From Candidatus Kerfeldbacteria bacterium CG08_land_8_20_14_0_20_40_16 (lineage in GTDB: Bacteria; Patescibacteriota; Patescibacteriia; UM-FILTER-42-10): a DNA stretch of 46,784 nt. The stretch is from NCBI GenBank assembly GCA_002774635.1, contig PEXU01000056.1, forward strand, positions 1 through 46,784, given 5' to 3'. The position numbers were made by a program, and so were the translations under genes. The notes below the pieces were generated by a model. That model saw only the letters and a program-made list of their open reading frames with translations, searched no databases and was not told the origin of the DNA. Positions 35,156 to 45,402 of the stretch are shown here, piece after piece; position 1 is the first letter of the stretch, and every line of letters starts with the position of its first letter.

Positions 35156-36955
35156 TTACTCAGTCACCCTAAATACTTCTTCTATTGTAGTTATTCCATC
35201 TTTTGCCTTCAATAATCCATCCTGAACCATAGTGATCATTCCGTGCTTTACCGTCACTTCTTTCATCTGATATTCCGACACTTTACCCGAAAGAATAATT
35301 TCTTCGATCTCCTTATTCATAGTAAATATTTCATAGATTCCAATTCGGCCTTTGTAGCCAATGCCATTACACTGGTCACATCCTTTTCCCCTAAAAAATT
35401 GAAGATTGTCCAAGTCTACCTTTTCGCCGGAATTTTCCGGTGTTTGAGAAAGAATTTCTTTAACTCTCGTAAGGATTGTTTCATCTAAGCTGATTTCTTC
35501 CTGGCATTCTTTGCAAATCCTCCTCACTAGCCTTTGACCAATTACTGCATTAAGAGCAGGAGCGAGTAGAAACGGTTTTGCTCCCATTGATAGAAAACGA
35601 GGAATGGCGCCCGCGGCATCATTAGTGTGAATAGTGGAAATCACCAAATGGCCGGTTAAAGCCGCTTGAATAGCAATTTCGGCCGTTTCTAAATCTCTGA
35701 TTTCTCCTACCATAATAATATCAGGATCTTGTCTCAAAATTGCCCTTAGCCCTTGGGCAAAAGAATACCCCTTTTTGCCTCCTCCCCCTCCACTTAAGCC
35801 CTCTCTTAAAATGGTCTTCAAATCTTCATCGTCGCCTTCTCCTTTGCCACTAACTTGGCTTTGGACAATTCCCTTAAGCTTATATTCGATGGGGTCTTCT
35901 AAGGTGATAATCTTAGTTTCTGGGCGGTTAAGGGTATTAAGAATGGCGTAGAGCGTGGTCGTTTTTCCCGATCCAGTCGGCCCGGTAGTAACTATCATCC
36001 CGTTGGGCCTTTTTGATTCCCGCTTTAAATCTTCGTAAGACTTCCCTCTGATTCCTAAATCTTCGAATTTTAATCCTACCGATTGGGACATTAAAAGACG
36101 CATTACCACGCTTTCGCCAAAAGCCGAAGGAAGAGTAGAAACCCGAACATCAATCTTATCGTCTTCCAGATAAATGGTGATTCTTCCGTCTTGGGGACGA
36201 TTAACAATATTTATCTTTAGCCCAGAAATAATTTTTATCCGACTAATTATCTTCGGCCACCATTCTTGGGGCAGTACCGCCACATCCTGCAGTACCCCGT
36301 CAACCCGGTAACGGACTTTAATATCTTTTTCCTCCGCTTCAATATGAATATCGGAACTGCGAGCCTGGATGGCGCCAGCTAAAATTATGGTTACCATCTC
36401 AGTCAGTGAGACTTTTTTCAACTTGTTGTTAAGTTCCCGAAAAGATTTGATTTCCGCTCGATACTTATTCAGTTCCTCTCCACTTATCTCTACTCCTGCT
36501 ATCACTTTTTTTATTTTAGGAATGGCGGCATAAAGCTTAAGGGCCTGCTGCAAGCTGTATTCCGAAATTAAATAAAGTTCAGTGTTTAAACGTGGAAATT
36601 TTTCTTTAAATTCACCGATAATTTTCGAAATCTCCGGATTAGCTGGGTCAACCACACCGATTCTTAACTCCTCTTCGGTCCTAAGGAAACAAACTGCTTT
36701 GATGGCTTTTGCCTTCTCTTCGGGAATTAAGGAAAGCGCTTCCGGTTCAATAGGAAATCCTTTTAGACTAATACAGCTCAAACCTAGCGGGGAAGCTTTT
36801 TCTGCCACCAGCTTTTCTTTTTCTTTAATTTCTATCTCTTCTATCTTGTGTTTCAACTTCTCTTCCGTTTCCTCCGATGATACCTGGAGCTTGCCGTTTT
36901 CTGACCCATTTAATAAATCGTTGATTGTTTGATCCATGTTCCTAAGTATAACCAA
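35156..36955 (-). CDS. pilB: GspE/PilB-family type IV pilus assembly ATPase
   Basis: SSDIHIE, PQDGR, TGPTGSGKTTT, EDPIEY, LRQDPDIIMVGEIRD, TGHLV.STIH, CxxC pairs. Confidence 0.9.
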   Translation of the reverse strand: MVILRNMDQTINDLLNGSENGKLQVSSEETEEKLKHKIEEIEIKEKEKLVAEKASPLGLSCISLKGFPIEPEALSLIPEEKAKAIKAVCFLRTEEELRIGVVDPANPEISKIIGEFKEKFPRLNTELYLISEYSLQQALKLYAAIPKIKKVIAGVEISGEELNKYRAEIKSFRELNNKLKKVSLTEMVTIILAGAIQARSSDIHIEAEEKDIKVRYRVDGVLQDVAVLPQEWWPKIISRIKIISGLKINIVNRPQDGRITIYLEDDKIDVRVSTLPSAFGESVVMRLLMSQSVGLKFEDLGIRGKSYEDLKRESKRPNGMIVTTGPTGSGKTTTLYAILNTLNRPETKIITLEDPIEYKLKGIVQSQVSGKGEGDDEDLKTILREGLSGGGGGKKGYSFAQGLRAILRQDPDIIMVGEIRDLETAEIAIQAALTGHLVISTIHTNDAAGAIPRFLSMGAKPFLLAPALNAVIGQRLVRRICKECQEEISLDETILTRVKEILSQTPENSGEKVDLDNLQFFRGKGCDQCNGIGYKGRIGIYEIFTMNKEIEEIILSGKVSEYQMKEVTVKHGMITMVQDGLLKAKDGITTIEEVFRVTE

Positions 36956-37047
36956 TCTTAGATTTCTTGTAAAAAACTGCCAATGGGAAAATAATTGACT
37001 TATTAATTAGCAACTGCTATTCTGAAACAAATCGAACCTTCAACAAT

Positions 37048-37818
37048 TTGAATAATTATAAGGAGAATGCCATGAACGGCAACTGTCGGACTATTTCGCC
37101 TTTGCAAGAAATTGCTTCTTGCTTGCTGAATGGCGAGTGCGGCAGCCGTCATTCTAATGGATGCACTGCCGCCAGCATGCTCATAACCAGGATGCAAAAG
37201 GAGCTTACGGATTGTCAGCAGCCATACTTTTGTACCATGAAAAACCATGAAATCAGCTGCGATGTCTGTTTACGGAGCATTATTACTGGTTCTTGTCAGA
37301 AGCCTGCTAGTTGTCAGAGCCCTTTCTGGAAAGCCCTAAAGGAGGTTGCGGAACGAGGGGAAGTGGTCTTTGAAAAAAGGGAGGTAATTTCTCCCATTCC
37401 CTTTATTATTCATTCTCATGGAAAAACTACAGTATGCGAGCAAAAAATCCTCGTGCCAGTGGAAGACCGATCCCGGAAGAAAGAAACGCCACCATCCCCG
37501 TTAAAACCAGCTAAGGTTCTGCCGGCCCCAACTTCTTCTCCAGACATTATTGCTCAACCAGCGGCTCTACCCAAGAGAGAAATTGTCTCTTCAACCTCTC
37601 CTGTGGTCTTGCTTAAACCCAAAGCAGATGATCCCTCACTCAAAACACTATTTGGCTCTAGCGTAGTCAAAAAGTTGGCCAGCCATAACATTTTCACTCT
37701 TAGTGATATTTGCAGGTGCAGAGTACCTGAATTAGAAACCCGGCTGGGGAAACCTTCAGCTCAAAGAATTTACAATCGCATCCGACAACGTAGTATTGAT
37801 TTCAACACCGCCTTATGA
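37048..37818 (+). CDS. Hypothetical Cys-rich protein with Pro-rich linker and C-terminal HhH-like region (start probably 37072)
   Basis: SD AGGAG before 37072; many Cys in the N-terminal ~90 aa. Confidence 0.65.
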   Translation: MNNYKENAMNGNCRTISPLQEIASCLLNGECGSRHSNGCTAASMLITRMQKELTDCQQPYFCTMKNHEISCDVCLRSIITGSCQKPASCQSPFWKALKEVAERGEVVFEKREVISPIPFIIHSHGKTTVCEQKILVPVEDRSRKKETPPSPLKPAKVLPAPTSSPDIIAQPAALPKREIVSSTSPVVLLKPKADDPSLKTLFGSSVVKKLASHNIFTLSDICRCRVPELETRLGKPSAQRIYNRIRQRSIDFNTAL

Positions 37819-37877
37819 CTCTTAGTTGTAAGGCGCTTTATTTTGCGCAACTTAGTCTAATTTTTCACTCTGCCGTT

Positions 37878-39023
37878 TTATCTACTAGCCTTTAAGAAGT
37901 TTTTTATCGTTTCTAGCACTTTTTTTTCGGCCAAAAAAATATCTTCGCCTGCTATTACGATTTTGGTAAAGTCTTTGCTGCCTACCGGTTTAAATTCTTT
38001 CAGCATTTCGATAGCGTCAATATTGGGTGGTGTATTGATTACTGCTCGAATTATATTTTTTTCTATCTGATAAACAATCATGATAATATCCGCTTCGGGG
38101 GCATTAACAATCAGTTCGTCAATAACGCTAAAGATATCCTCCTCATCTAAAGTTCCGACTTTTTCAAAGTCTTCTTTATTAAGCAAGGACCAGACAATTC
38201 GATTTTCTTTGTCCAGTTTCAGTCTGGCCAACGCCCGGCCCCATAATTTTAACGTTTCTACTGATTTGGTTTGATAAAGATGCTGAACTATCTCTTCTCG
38301 TCTTGCCCCCGAAGAAATTAAGTGGCTAGCAATTGCCAATGATTTTGGGGTAACGGACGTGGTTTGAAAACTTTTGGTTTTAGAAATTATACCAGTTAAA
38401 AGACTGGTAGCGATATACTCATCCAAAATATCCTCCTTCCAATCTTTAATCAGTTCAAAAACAATTTCAGAAGAGGAGGTAGCGGTTAAATCCAATAGAT
38501 TAATCTGACCGAAATGTTCATTACCAGGATTATGATCGATATTAACAATGGGGGTGTGGTAGAAAAATTCAGTATTATCGTCATAGAGCCTACCTAGACT
38601 TGTCAGATCGGGAGAATCAATAACAAAAATTAAATCATACTCATAATTAGTAGAAGAGAAACTTACATCTCTTTCTCTAAAAACTCCGTTTTTGGGAGTA
38701 ATAAAAATATCAAGCTTTTCATCTTTAATATCATAGCTTAATTCCTCCACCTTGGTTTGAGTAACATCCAATGAGATAATAAACTTTCTCAAAGAAGTAA
38801 GATCTTTTAAGATTTCACCGCTTTTTGGTAGAAATTGATGCTGAGGCGGCAAAGAAAACTCATTACACACCACCTTGATTTTTTTTTCTAACTTTTCCAG
38901 GACGGAAAACAAAGCCAAACCAGCGGCAATCGCGTCAATTGTCGGGTCTTTAGGAAGACAAATGAGAATGCTATTGCTTCTTTTTACATTTTCATAAATC
39001 TGTTGTTTAGAAGAATAGACCAT
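37878..39023 (-). CDS. DHH-family phosphoesterase-like protein (degenerate motifs)
   Basis: DPTIDA, VID, NIDHN, FGQIN, LLTGIIS.T.SF. Confidence 0.85.
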   Translation of the reverse strand: MVYSSKQQIYENVKRSNSILICLPKDPTIDAIAAGLALFSVLEKLEKKIKVVCNEFSLPPQHQFLPKSGEILKDLTSLRKFIISLDVTQTKVEELSYDIKDEKLDIFITPKNGVFRERDVSFSSTNYEYDLIFVIDSPDLTSLGRLYDDNTEFFYHTPIVNIDHNPGNEHFGQINLLDLTATSSSEIVFELIKDWKEDILDEYIATSLLTGIISKTKSFQTTSVTPKSLAIASHLISSGARREEIVQHLYQTKSVETLKLWGRALARLKLDKENRIVWSLLNKEDFEKVGTLDEEDIFSVIDELIVNAPEADIIMIVYQIEKNIIRAVINTPPNIDAIEMLKEFKPVGSKDFTKIVIAGEDIFLAEKKVLETIKNFLKASR

Positions 39024-39146
39024 AAATCGCAGAAATTAAGCTATTTTAGAACTATTTATTAATTACAAGTAAATAAATATATATAATTCCTTAACGGCTG
39101 TCAAGGGTTTGGTTAAATGGGCCTAAACTGGGCATTAGAATAAGGA

Positions 39147-39617
39147 ATGCTTATTTGCTATATTAGTAATACAAATGCCATGGAATATATCACCAAAAAT
39201 ACCTGGGAAACAGAAAAACTAGGGGAAAACCTAGCCGTAAAGTTAAGGGGAGGCGAGATTATCGCTTTAATCGGCAATCTGGGGAGTGGGAAAACTGTTT
39301 TTACCAAAGGAATCGCCAAAGCGCTGGGGATTAATAAAAGAATAACCAGCCCTACTTTTGTTTTCTGGAGATCGTATAAAGTATCCCATCGGTCAAGAAT
39401 AAAATATCTCTGTCACATTGATCTCTACCGACTGCCAAAACCACGCGGGATACTTGCTTTAGGAATCGATGAATACTGGCAAAGAGCAGATACTATTTGT
39501 GTAATTGAATGGGCGGAAAAAATTAAAAACTATCTCTCAAAGAAAAATCTCTTTCTAGTAAAATTCGATTTGATCAATTCGAATGTTCGAAAAATAATAA
39601 TCAATAAAAGGTATTAA
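39147..39617 (+). CDS. tsaE: tRNA threonylcarbamoyladenosine biosynthesis ATPase TsaE (start probably 39180)
   Basis: LIGNLGSGKT, ITSPTF, HIDLYRL, VIEWAE. Confidence 0.95.
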   Translation: MLICYISNTNAMEYITKNTWETEKLGENLAVKLRGGEIIALIGNLGSGKTVFTKGIAKALGINKRITSPTFVFWRSYKVSHRSRIKYLCHIDLYRLPKPRGILALGIDEYWQRADTICVIEWAEKIKNYLSKKNLFLVKFDLINSNVRKIIINKRY

Positions 39618-39746
39618 ACCCTGGGGCAAGCGTTCGACCGAGGCCTCACGCCGTCCCACAAAAGCGGGATTGAATGGAAGCGAGACAAGTCTTAAAGGTA
39701 TTATACCTTGTATTTCTCCGCCACATTATTTATAAGATTTAAAGGA

Positions 39747-39818
39747 AGGCGGATCCGCCTCGGGCGGAGACTGCGTCCTGCTTTCGCCGAAGCGAAGCTC
39801 CGGCTTCGCGCAGGCAGG
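39747..39818. repeat. Cluster of GC-rich palindromes
   Basis: AGGCGGA-TCCGCCTCGGGCGGA and CCTGC...GCGAAGC/GCTTCGC...GCAGG. Confidence 0.75.
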
Positions 39819-39999
39819 TCGGTCGATATGAAAACTGTTGTTTTTATTCGCTCCTCACTTGTCGAAATAAAGTAACTAAGCAAAAGGCAACTGAAATTCA
39901 GAGCTGATCGGAATAACAATTTACCAATTACCAATCCTTTGACATTAAGCCCTGATTTATACTAAAATGAAACTGTTATTCTAATTAATAATTTATTTT

Positions 40000-40434
40000 A
40001 TGAATATGTTTAAAAAAGAAGAAGGAGAAATTAAAGAAGGAGAAACAGAAACTATTATTGGTCCTTCGGTAAAAGTAGAAGGAGATTTTCATGGGGAAGG
40101 TAGTGTTGTGGTAGAAGGACAGGTCAGCGGCACCCTCCGGACTAATCAGAACCTAAGAATTGGGGCTAATGCCAAAATTAAAGCTGACATTCAAGCCGCT
40201 AATGTATTAATTGCTGGGGAAGTAAGAGGCAATCTCCAAATTAAAGAGAAAGCGGAATTAAAAAGCACCGCCAAAGTCACCGGAGATATTACAACCAAAG
40301 TCATTTCTATTGAAACAGGTGCTGTTTTAAACGGCAAATGTACCAGTGGCAATGGGATCGGGGAAGTAAAAGAAAGTCCAAAACCAAAAATTAGAAATAA
40401 TCGGAACAATAACTTAAAAAAGGAAGAGTTCTAG
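40000..40434 (+). CDS. Bactofilin (polymer-forming cytoskeletal protein)
   Basis: ETIIG..V.VEG, V.G.V.G, I.GEV.GN, IE.GA.LNG. Confidence 0.92.
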   Translation: MNMFKKEEGEIKEGETETIIGPSVKVEGDFHGEGSVVVEGQVSGTLRTNQNLRIGANAKIKADIQAANVLIAGEVRGNLQIKEKAELKSTAKVTGDITTKVISIETGAVLNGKCTSGNGIGEVKESPKPKIRNNRNNNLKKEEF

Positions 40435-40464
40435 AAAGGACAATCCCTTATCGCCGGCAAACAT

Positions 40465-41235
40465 ATGTATTTTTATCTTTACGATTCTTTTTTAAATAAT
40501 AAGAAATATACGTCTATCCTCGCTAAGATAGAAAATCGTCTTATCGACCTAGGAATAAATGGCAAGATTGAAAAATTGAGTGTCTTAAAAAGCGCCCAAG
40601 AAGTTGTAGAAGACAACATCAAGAGTGGAGCGGATACGATTGTCGCCGTAGGAAACGAAGCAACTTTTGCCAAAATAGTCCCCCTGGTTGCGAAACAGAA
40701 CGGTATTACCTTGGGTTTTATCCCAGTTGTGGAAAACGCCATAGCTAAATTTTTAGGGATCCCTCTCGGAGAAAAAGCTTGTGATATTCTGTCTTCCCGT
40801 TTGATTGAAAGAATAGATCTAGGCAAAGCGAATGATTTTTATTTTTTTTCGGAGTTGAATATTCCAGAATCAAAAGATTTAACTCTCGAATGCAACGGCG
40901 GGCATTTCAGGATTAATTCTACAAATCACAGCAATATTATTCAGATTTGCAATTTAACTTATACTCCTTTAAAGAGGGAGGTCGGATCAAGAAAATTTTG
41001 TGATCCAAGAGATGGGTTGCTGGAAGCAATCTTCACTCCTACTACTAGCTTTTTGGGTAGAAGTCGTCTCGATCTCAATAAGCGAAGCGTATTCCCAATT
41101 AGAAAAATTAAAATAAAAAGTAGTAATTCCCTCTCCCTTATCGCTGATGGAGAAACCGTAATAAAAACCCCGGTGCTAGTACAGGTGGCGCCTAAAAAAC
41201 TTAAATTAATCGTGGGAAAGGAAAGAAAATTTTGA
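40465..41235 (+). CDS. Diacylglycerol kinase family-like protein
   Basis: TIVAVGNEAT, LGFIP, AKFLGIP, IDLG, DG.LE, ADGE. Confidence 0.8.
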   Translation: MYFYLYDSFLNNKKYTSILAKIENRLIDLGINGKIEKLSVLKSAQEVVEDNIKSGADTIVAVGNEATFAKIVPLVAKQNGITLGFIPVVENAIAKFLGIPLGEKACDILSSRLIERIDLGKANDFYFFSELNIPESKDLTLECNGGHFRINSTNHSNIIQICNLTYTPLKREVGSRKFCDPRDGLLEAIFTPTTSFLGRSRLDLNKRSVFPIRKIKIKSSNSLSLIADGETVIKTPVLVQVAPKKLKLIVGKERKF

Positions 41236-41334
41236 TTCATCGCTTAAGTTAGTAATGAAAAACCAAGACTAAAAACAAGAATCTATCCTTAGGTGATAGA
41301 TTTTTTTGCTGCTTAACAATACTAATTTTAAAGG

Positions 41335-41363
41335 TTGACCAATAATCAATATTAGACTATGCT
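41335..41363 (+). promoter_or_regulatory. Sigma70-type promoter of infB
   Basis: TTGACC-N17-TATGCT. Confidence 0.55.
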
Positions 41364-41390
41364 GAATAAATAATCAAAAACATCCTTTCA

Positions 41391-43193
41391 ATGAACCAGC
41401 AAGAATCTCAAACTAAAGATAGTGATAAAAAAACTATTGCCATTCCGGAAACAATCGTAATTAAAGAACTGGCTGAGAAAATGAATTTGCCAGTTACTGA
41501 GGTTATTGCGGAACTAATGAAAAACGGGATTATGTCTTCTATGAATGAATCCATTGACTTTGAAACCGCCGGAATTATCGCCGAGGATCTTGGCTTTGCG
41601 ATTAAGAAAAGCGAGGAAGATAAAGTTCAGGAAGATAAAGTCAAGATTTTAGAGAAAGTCTTAGAAAAAGATCAGCAAAAATCCGAAACCAGGCCTCCGG
41701 TAGTGGTGGTAATGGGGCACGTTGATCACGGAAAAACCAAGCTTTTAGACGCTATTAGAGAAACAAATATAGTAGAAAAGGAAGCGGGGGGAATAACCCA
41801 ATCGATTGGAGCGTATCAAATAGAGAATAAGGGGGGGTTGATCACCCTGATTGACACGCCAGGACACGAAGCCTTTTCTGCCATGCGTTCTCGAGGGGCG
41901 CGGGTAGCTGATATCGCTATTTTAGTAGTGGCAGCAGACGACGGGGTACAACCCCAAACCAAAGAGGCTTACGAAATTATCAAGAAAGCCAGGCTTCCCT
42001 TTTTGGTTGCTATTAATAAAATAGACAAGCCCGAGGCGAACGTGGAAAAAGCGAAAAAGGAACTATCTGAAATTGGAATCGTACCGGAAGAATGGGGTGG
42101 AAAAACCATCTTCAGCGAAATATCAGCCAAACAAAAAACTGGTATCTCAGAATTAATTGATATGGTCTTGTTGATAGCGGAAATGGAAAAGAAAAATATA
42201 GTAGCGAATTACCAACGTGAGGCAATGGGAACAATTATTGAATCGCATATTGACAAAGGAGCCGGCCCTCAAGCGACCGCCTTGATTCAAACGGGCACCC
42301 TGCATTTATCTGACTATATCATTGTCGGAGACATCCACGGCAAGGTAAAAGCGATGAAAGACTGGAAAGGGGAACTAGTAACCAGCGCCGAGCCGTCCAA
42401 ACCAGTTCAAATCTGGGGTTTAAAAGATGCCCCCAAAGTAGGCGATATTTTGTATGTAACCAAAGATCGGACCGAAATTAAATCCTTAGTAAAGAAACAT
42501 CGTCTTCATTCTCTTCAAAAGAAAATGGATCAGCAAACTGCCCAGAAGAAAACGGACGATGAGCAAGAGAAAAAAAAGGAATTTAACATTGTCTTAAAGA
42601 CCGATACCTTCGGCTCGCAAGAAGCAATTTGTGAATCGTTAGATAAACTACAACATCCTGAAGTGAAAGTGGTGATTACCTCTAAGGGGTTAGGAAACAT
42701 TACGGAAAAAGATATTATTCAGTCCGACTCCAACGATTCCAGCTTAGTCGGATTCAATGTGGTATTGACCCCCCAAGCTCAGGAAATTCAGAAAGATCGC
42801 CAAGTAGAAATAAAAATATTTACGATTATTTATGAATTGATTGATTATATCAAGGAAGAACTGGAAAAAATATTATCCCCGGAAATCATCTTTGTTGATT
42901 TAGGGAAAATAGAAATTCTAGCTTTATTCAAAGAGGAAAAGGAATACCAGATCATTGGAGGAAAAGTATCCAAAGGAAAAGTAGAAAATGACGTTTTGGT
43001 AAGAATTATGAGGAAGGGGGAAGAAATAGGAAAAGGTAAAATAGTCCAACTTCAATCAGAAAAGAAAAATGTGAGGGAAGTACTGAAAGATTCAGAATGC
43101 GGTCTTAAAATAAAATCGGATATAGCTATTCAAGCAGGCGACGTTTTAGAATTATACAAAGAAGAACAAAAAAATCGTAAACTAGAATTTTAA
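41391..43193 (+). CDS. infB: Translation initiation factor IF-2 (short form)
   Basis: [36 protein letters not shown]. Confidence 0.97.
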   Translation: MNQQESQTKDSDKKTIAIPETIVIKELAEKMNLPVTEVIAELMKNGIMSSMNESIDFETAGIIAEDLGFAIKKSEEDKVQEDKVKILEKVLEKDQQKSETRPPVVVVMGHVDHGKTKLLDAIRETNIVEKEAGGITQSIGAYQIENKGGLITLIDTPGHEAFSAMRSRGARVADIAILVVAADDGVQPQTKEAYEIIKKARLPFLVAINKIDKPEANVEKAKKELSEIGIVPEEWGGKTIFSEISAKQKTGISELIDMVLLIAEMEKKNIVANYQREAMGTIIESHIDKGAGPQATALIQTGTLHLSDYIIVGDIHGKVKAMKDWKGELVTSAEPSKPVQIWGLKDAPKVGDILYVTKDRTEIKSLVKKHRLHSLQKKMDQQTAQKKTDDEQEKKKEFNIVLKTDTFGSQEAICESLDKLQHPEVKVVITSKGLGNITEKDIIQSDSNDSSLVGFNVVLTPQAQEIQKDRQVEIKIFTIIYELIDYIKEELEKILSPEIIFVDLGKIEILALFKEEKEYQIIGGKVSKGKVENDVLVRIMRKGEEIGKGKIVQLQSEKKNVREVLKDSECGLKIKSDIAIQAGDVLELYKEEQKNRKLEF

Positions 43194-43323
43194 CTTTTCC
43201 TTTCCAGCTGTGGTGAGACTGGATGGATAAAAAAAATAAGATTAAAATCCAGAGAAAGCCCGCTGGAATATCTAATTGACAGTTCACTCTAGAATTTAAC
43301 TCCTTTTACCTTGAAAAGGGGCA

Positions 43324-43662
43324 ATGCCTTCCAAACGCATTAAACAAATTAACGAACTGATCAAAGAAGAGGTTAGCTCTATTATCGCCAAAGAGATAGA
43401 ACTTCCTCCTAGTTGCTTAGTGACAATAACTAAGGTAGAAACAAGCGCTGATTTAAAGCATGCCAATATTTGGTTATCCATTCTCCCAACCGATTATCAA
43501 CAAAAGGGGCTCCAATTTATATCAGCTCAGGCGGGGAATATCCAAAGAATCTTCAACCCACGCTTAAAGACCCGGAATACCCCCAAAATCAGCTTTAGAG
43601 TTGACGATTCGGCGGAAAAAGCAGAGCATATTAATCAACTACTTGACACACTTAAGAAGTAG
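43324..43662 (+). CDS. rbfA: Ribosome-binding factor A
   Basis: R....ELI.EEVS, VTIT.V..S.DL, TP.I.F..D.S. Confidence 0.92.
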   Translation: MPSKRIKQINELIKEEVSSIIAKEIELPPSCLVTITKVETSADLKHANIWLSILPTDYQQKGLQFISAQAGNIQRIFNPRLKTRNTPKISFRVDDSAEKAEHINQLLDTLKK

Positions 43663-43733
43663 CGATAAAATGGCCTGTTTTACCTATGAATACCAACCTA
43701 GGATAAAACGTATTTTAAAGCAAAAGTGTTTTT

Positions 43734-44705
43734 ATGTATCCCAATGCCTCCCTTTATGAAGATATTTTTCAAAGACTCTCTGAATCTCAGAGGACTCTTT
43801 TAGTTGCTCATCAAAACCCGGACGGTGACGCGATCGGCTCGGTATTAGCGCTCTCCCAATTTTTGGATAAAACCATTGGTGAAAACCATATCTTTTGCTT
43901 AACAATCCCCGCTCCTTCTTTCAGTTTTTTGCCAACGATAGAAAGAATCAAAACCAATCCTTTAATTCTAAAAAAAATCGAATTTGATACTATTGTGGTT
44001 TTGGATTCAGGGGACCTGGAATACAGCGGGATTAAGCCGCATCTCCAAGAGCTTAAGTATTCACCTCAAATTTTGAACATTGATCATCATCCTACTAACG
44101 ATTATTTTGGTCATATTAATCTAGTAGAAACCGATGCCGCTTCCACTACCGATATCCTGTTTCGGATTTTCAACCACAACCGTTTTAGAATCAGTAAAGA
44201 TATTGCTACCTGCCTGCTTACCGGAATTATTACCGACACCGGCAGTTTCTCTAATCTAGCCACTACCCCCCAGGCTATTTCTAACGCTTCCGAACTGCTA
44301 ATTAATGGCGCTCGGGCTAAGGATATAATAAATAATGCCCTGACCAAGCAGTCTATTGGAGTGTTAAAATTATGGGGCCGCGCTTTTTCCCGTTTAATAA
44401 AAAACAACCATACTAATATTGCGATTACCGTCGTTACTCAAAAGGATTTTAAGGAGTGTAAGGTGGAAAACGAAAGCGCCGAGGGAATTGCCAATTTTTT
44501 GAATAATTTGAACGGGGCTAAAGCGGTCCTGGTGCTCAAAGAACAATCAGATGGGACAATAAAAGGGAGCCTTAGAACAACCCGAGATAACATAGACGTA
44601 TCAAAATTAGCTCGAGTTTTAGGAGGAGGCGGTCATAAAAAAGCCGCCGGCTTCACTATTAAAGGGAAGATAGAAGAAACTAAGAGCGGCTGGAAAATCG
44701 TTTAG
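43734..44705 (+). CDS. nrnA: DHH-family nanoRNase / PAP phosphatase NrnA
   Basis: HQNPDGDAIGS, IDHH, DTG.F, SLR, GGGGHKKAAG. Confidence 0.9.
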   Translation: MYPNASLYEDIFQRLSESQRTLLVAHQNPDGDAIGSVLALSQFLDKTIGENHIFCLTIPAPSFSFLPTIERIKTNPLILKKIEFDTIVVLDSGDLEYSGIKPHLQELKYSPQILNIDHHPTNDYFGHINLVETDAASTTDILFRIFNHNRFRISKDIATCLLTGIITDTGSFSNLATTPQAISNASELLINGARAKDIINNALTKQSIGVLKLWGRAFSRLIKNNHTNIAITVVTQKDFKECKVENESAEGIANFLNNLNGAKAVLVLKEQSDGTIKGSLRTTRDNIDVSKLARVLGGGGHKKAAGFTIKGKIEETKSGWKIV

Positions 44706-44709
44706 AAGA

Positions 44710-44737
44710 TTGACAAATTCCTAAATTGTCTTATACT
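44710..44737 (+). promoter_or_regulatory. Sigma70-type promoter of clpP
   Basis: TTGACA-N16-TATACT. Confidence 0.65.
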
Positions 44738-44762
44738 GACAATTACCATTAATTCTAATAAG

Positions 44763-44801
44763 TTCCGACGTAAAGTCGGAATTCCGACCGAAGTGTCGGA
44801 A
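44763..44801. repeat. Tandem TTCCGAC...GTCGGAA palindromes in the clpP leader
   Basis: Two adjacent hairpins flanked by AG and CT, like those at 94-158 and 6178-6238. Confidence 0.75.
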
Positions 44802-44824
44802 CTAATAAAGCTAACAACCTAAAC

Positions 44825-45400
44825 ATGTACCTAATCCCAACTGTCATTGAAAAGTCCAACTATGGCGAGCGGGCTTATGATATTTATTCCCGGCTGCTGA
44901 AAGAAAGGATAATCTTTCTGGGTGATATGATTGACGATAATATCGCCAACACTGTAATTGCCCAGCTTCTTTTTTTGGATTCCGAAGACAAGAAAAGAGA
45001 CATTAAGCTCTACGTAAATACCCCGGGCGGATCAGTCACCGCCGGAATGGCCATTTACGATACCATACAATACGTTGCTCCCGATGTCTCGACTATTTGT
45101 GTCGGGCTAGCCGGATCAATGGGCGCCACTTTGTTAGCGGCCGGGAAAAAAGGCAAAAGATTCGCCCTTCCGAATTCCGAAATTTTGATCCATCAAGTAA
45201 TGGGCGGTGCAGAAGGTCAGGCCATTGACGTTAAGATTAGGGCAGAACACATCCTTAAAATAAAGGACCGGCTTAACAGTATTCTTGCCAAACATACCGG
45301 CCAACCTTTAAAAAAGATAGAAAAAGACACCGATCGAGACTACTTTATGTCCGCTGAAGAAGCGAAAAAATACGGCATAGTGGATAAAATTATTCAATAA
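44825..45400 (+). CDS. clpP: ATP-dependent Clp protease proteolytic subunit
   Basis: [44 protein letters not shown]. Confidence 0.98.
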   Translation: MYLIPTVIEKSNYGERAYDIYSRLLKERIIFLGDMIDDNIANTVIAQLLFLDSEDKKRDIKLYVNTPGGSVTAGMAIYDTIQYVAPDVSTICVGLAGSMGATLLAAGKKGKRFALPNSEILIHQVMGGAEGQAIDVKIRAEHILKIKDRLNSILAKHTGQPLKKIEKDTDRDYFMSAEEAKKYGIVDKIIQ

Positions 45401-45402
45401 AC

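Noticed and set aside
35770-35850. Gly/acidic insertion in PilB (GKGEGDDEDL...GGGGGKK)
   Set aside because: Not palindromic and has no intein motifs; likely an ordinary variable loop.
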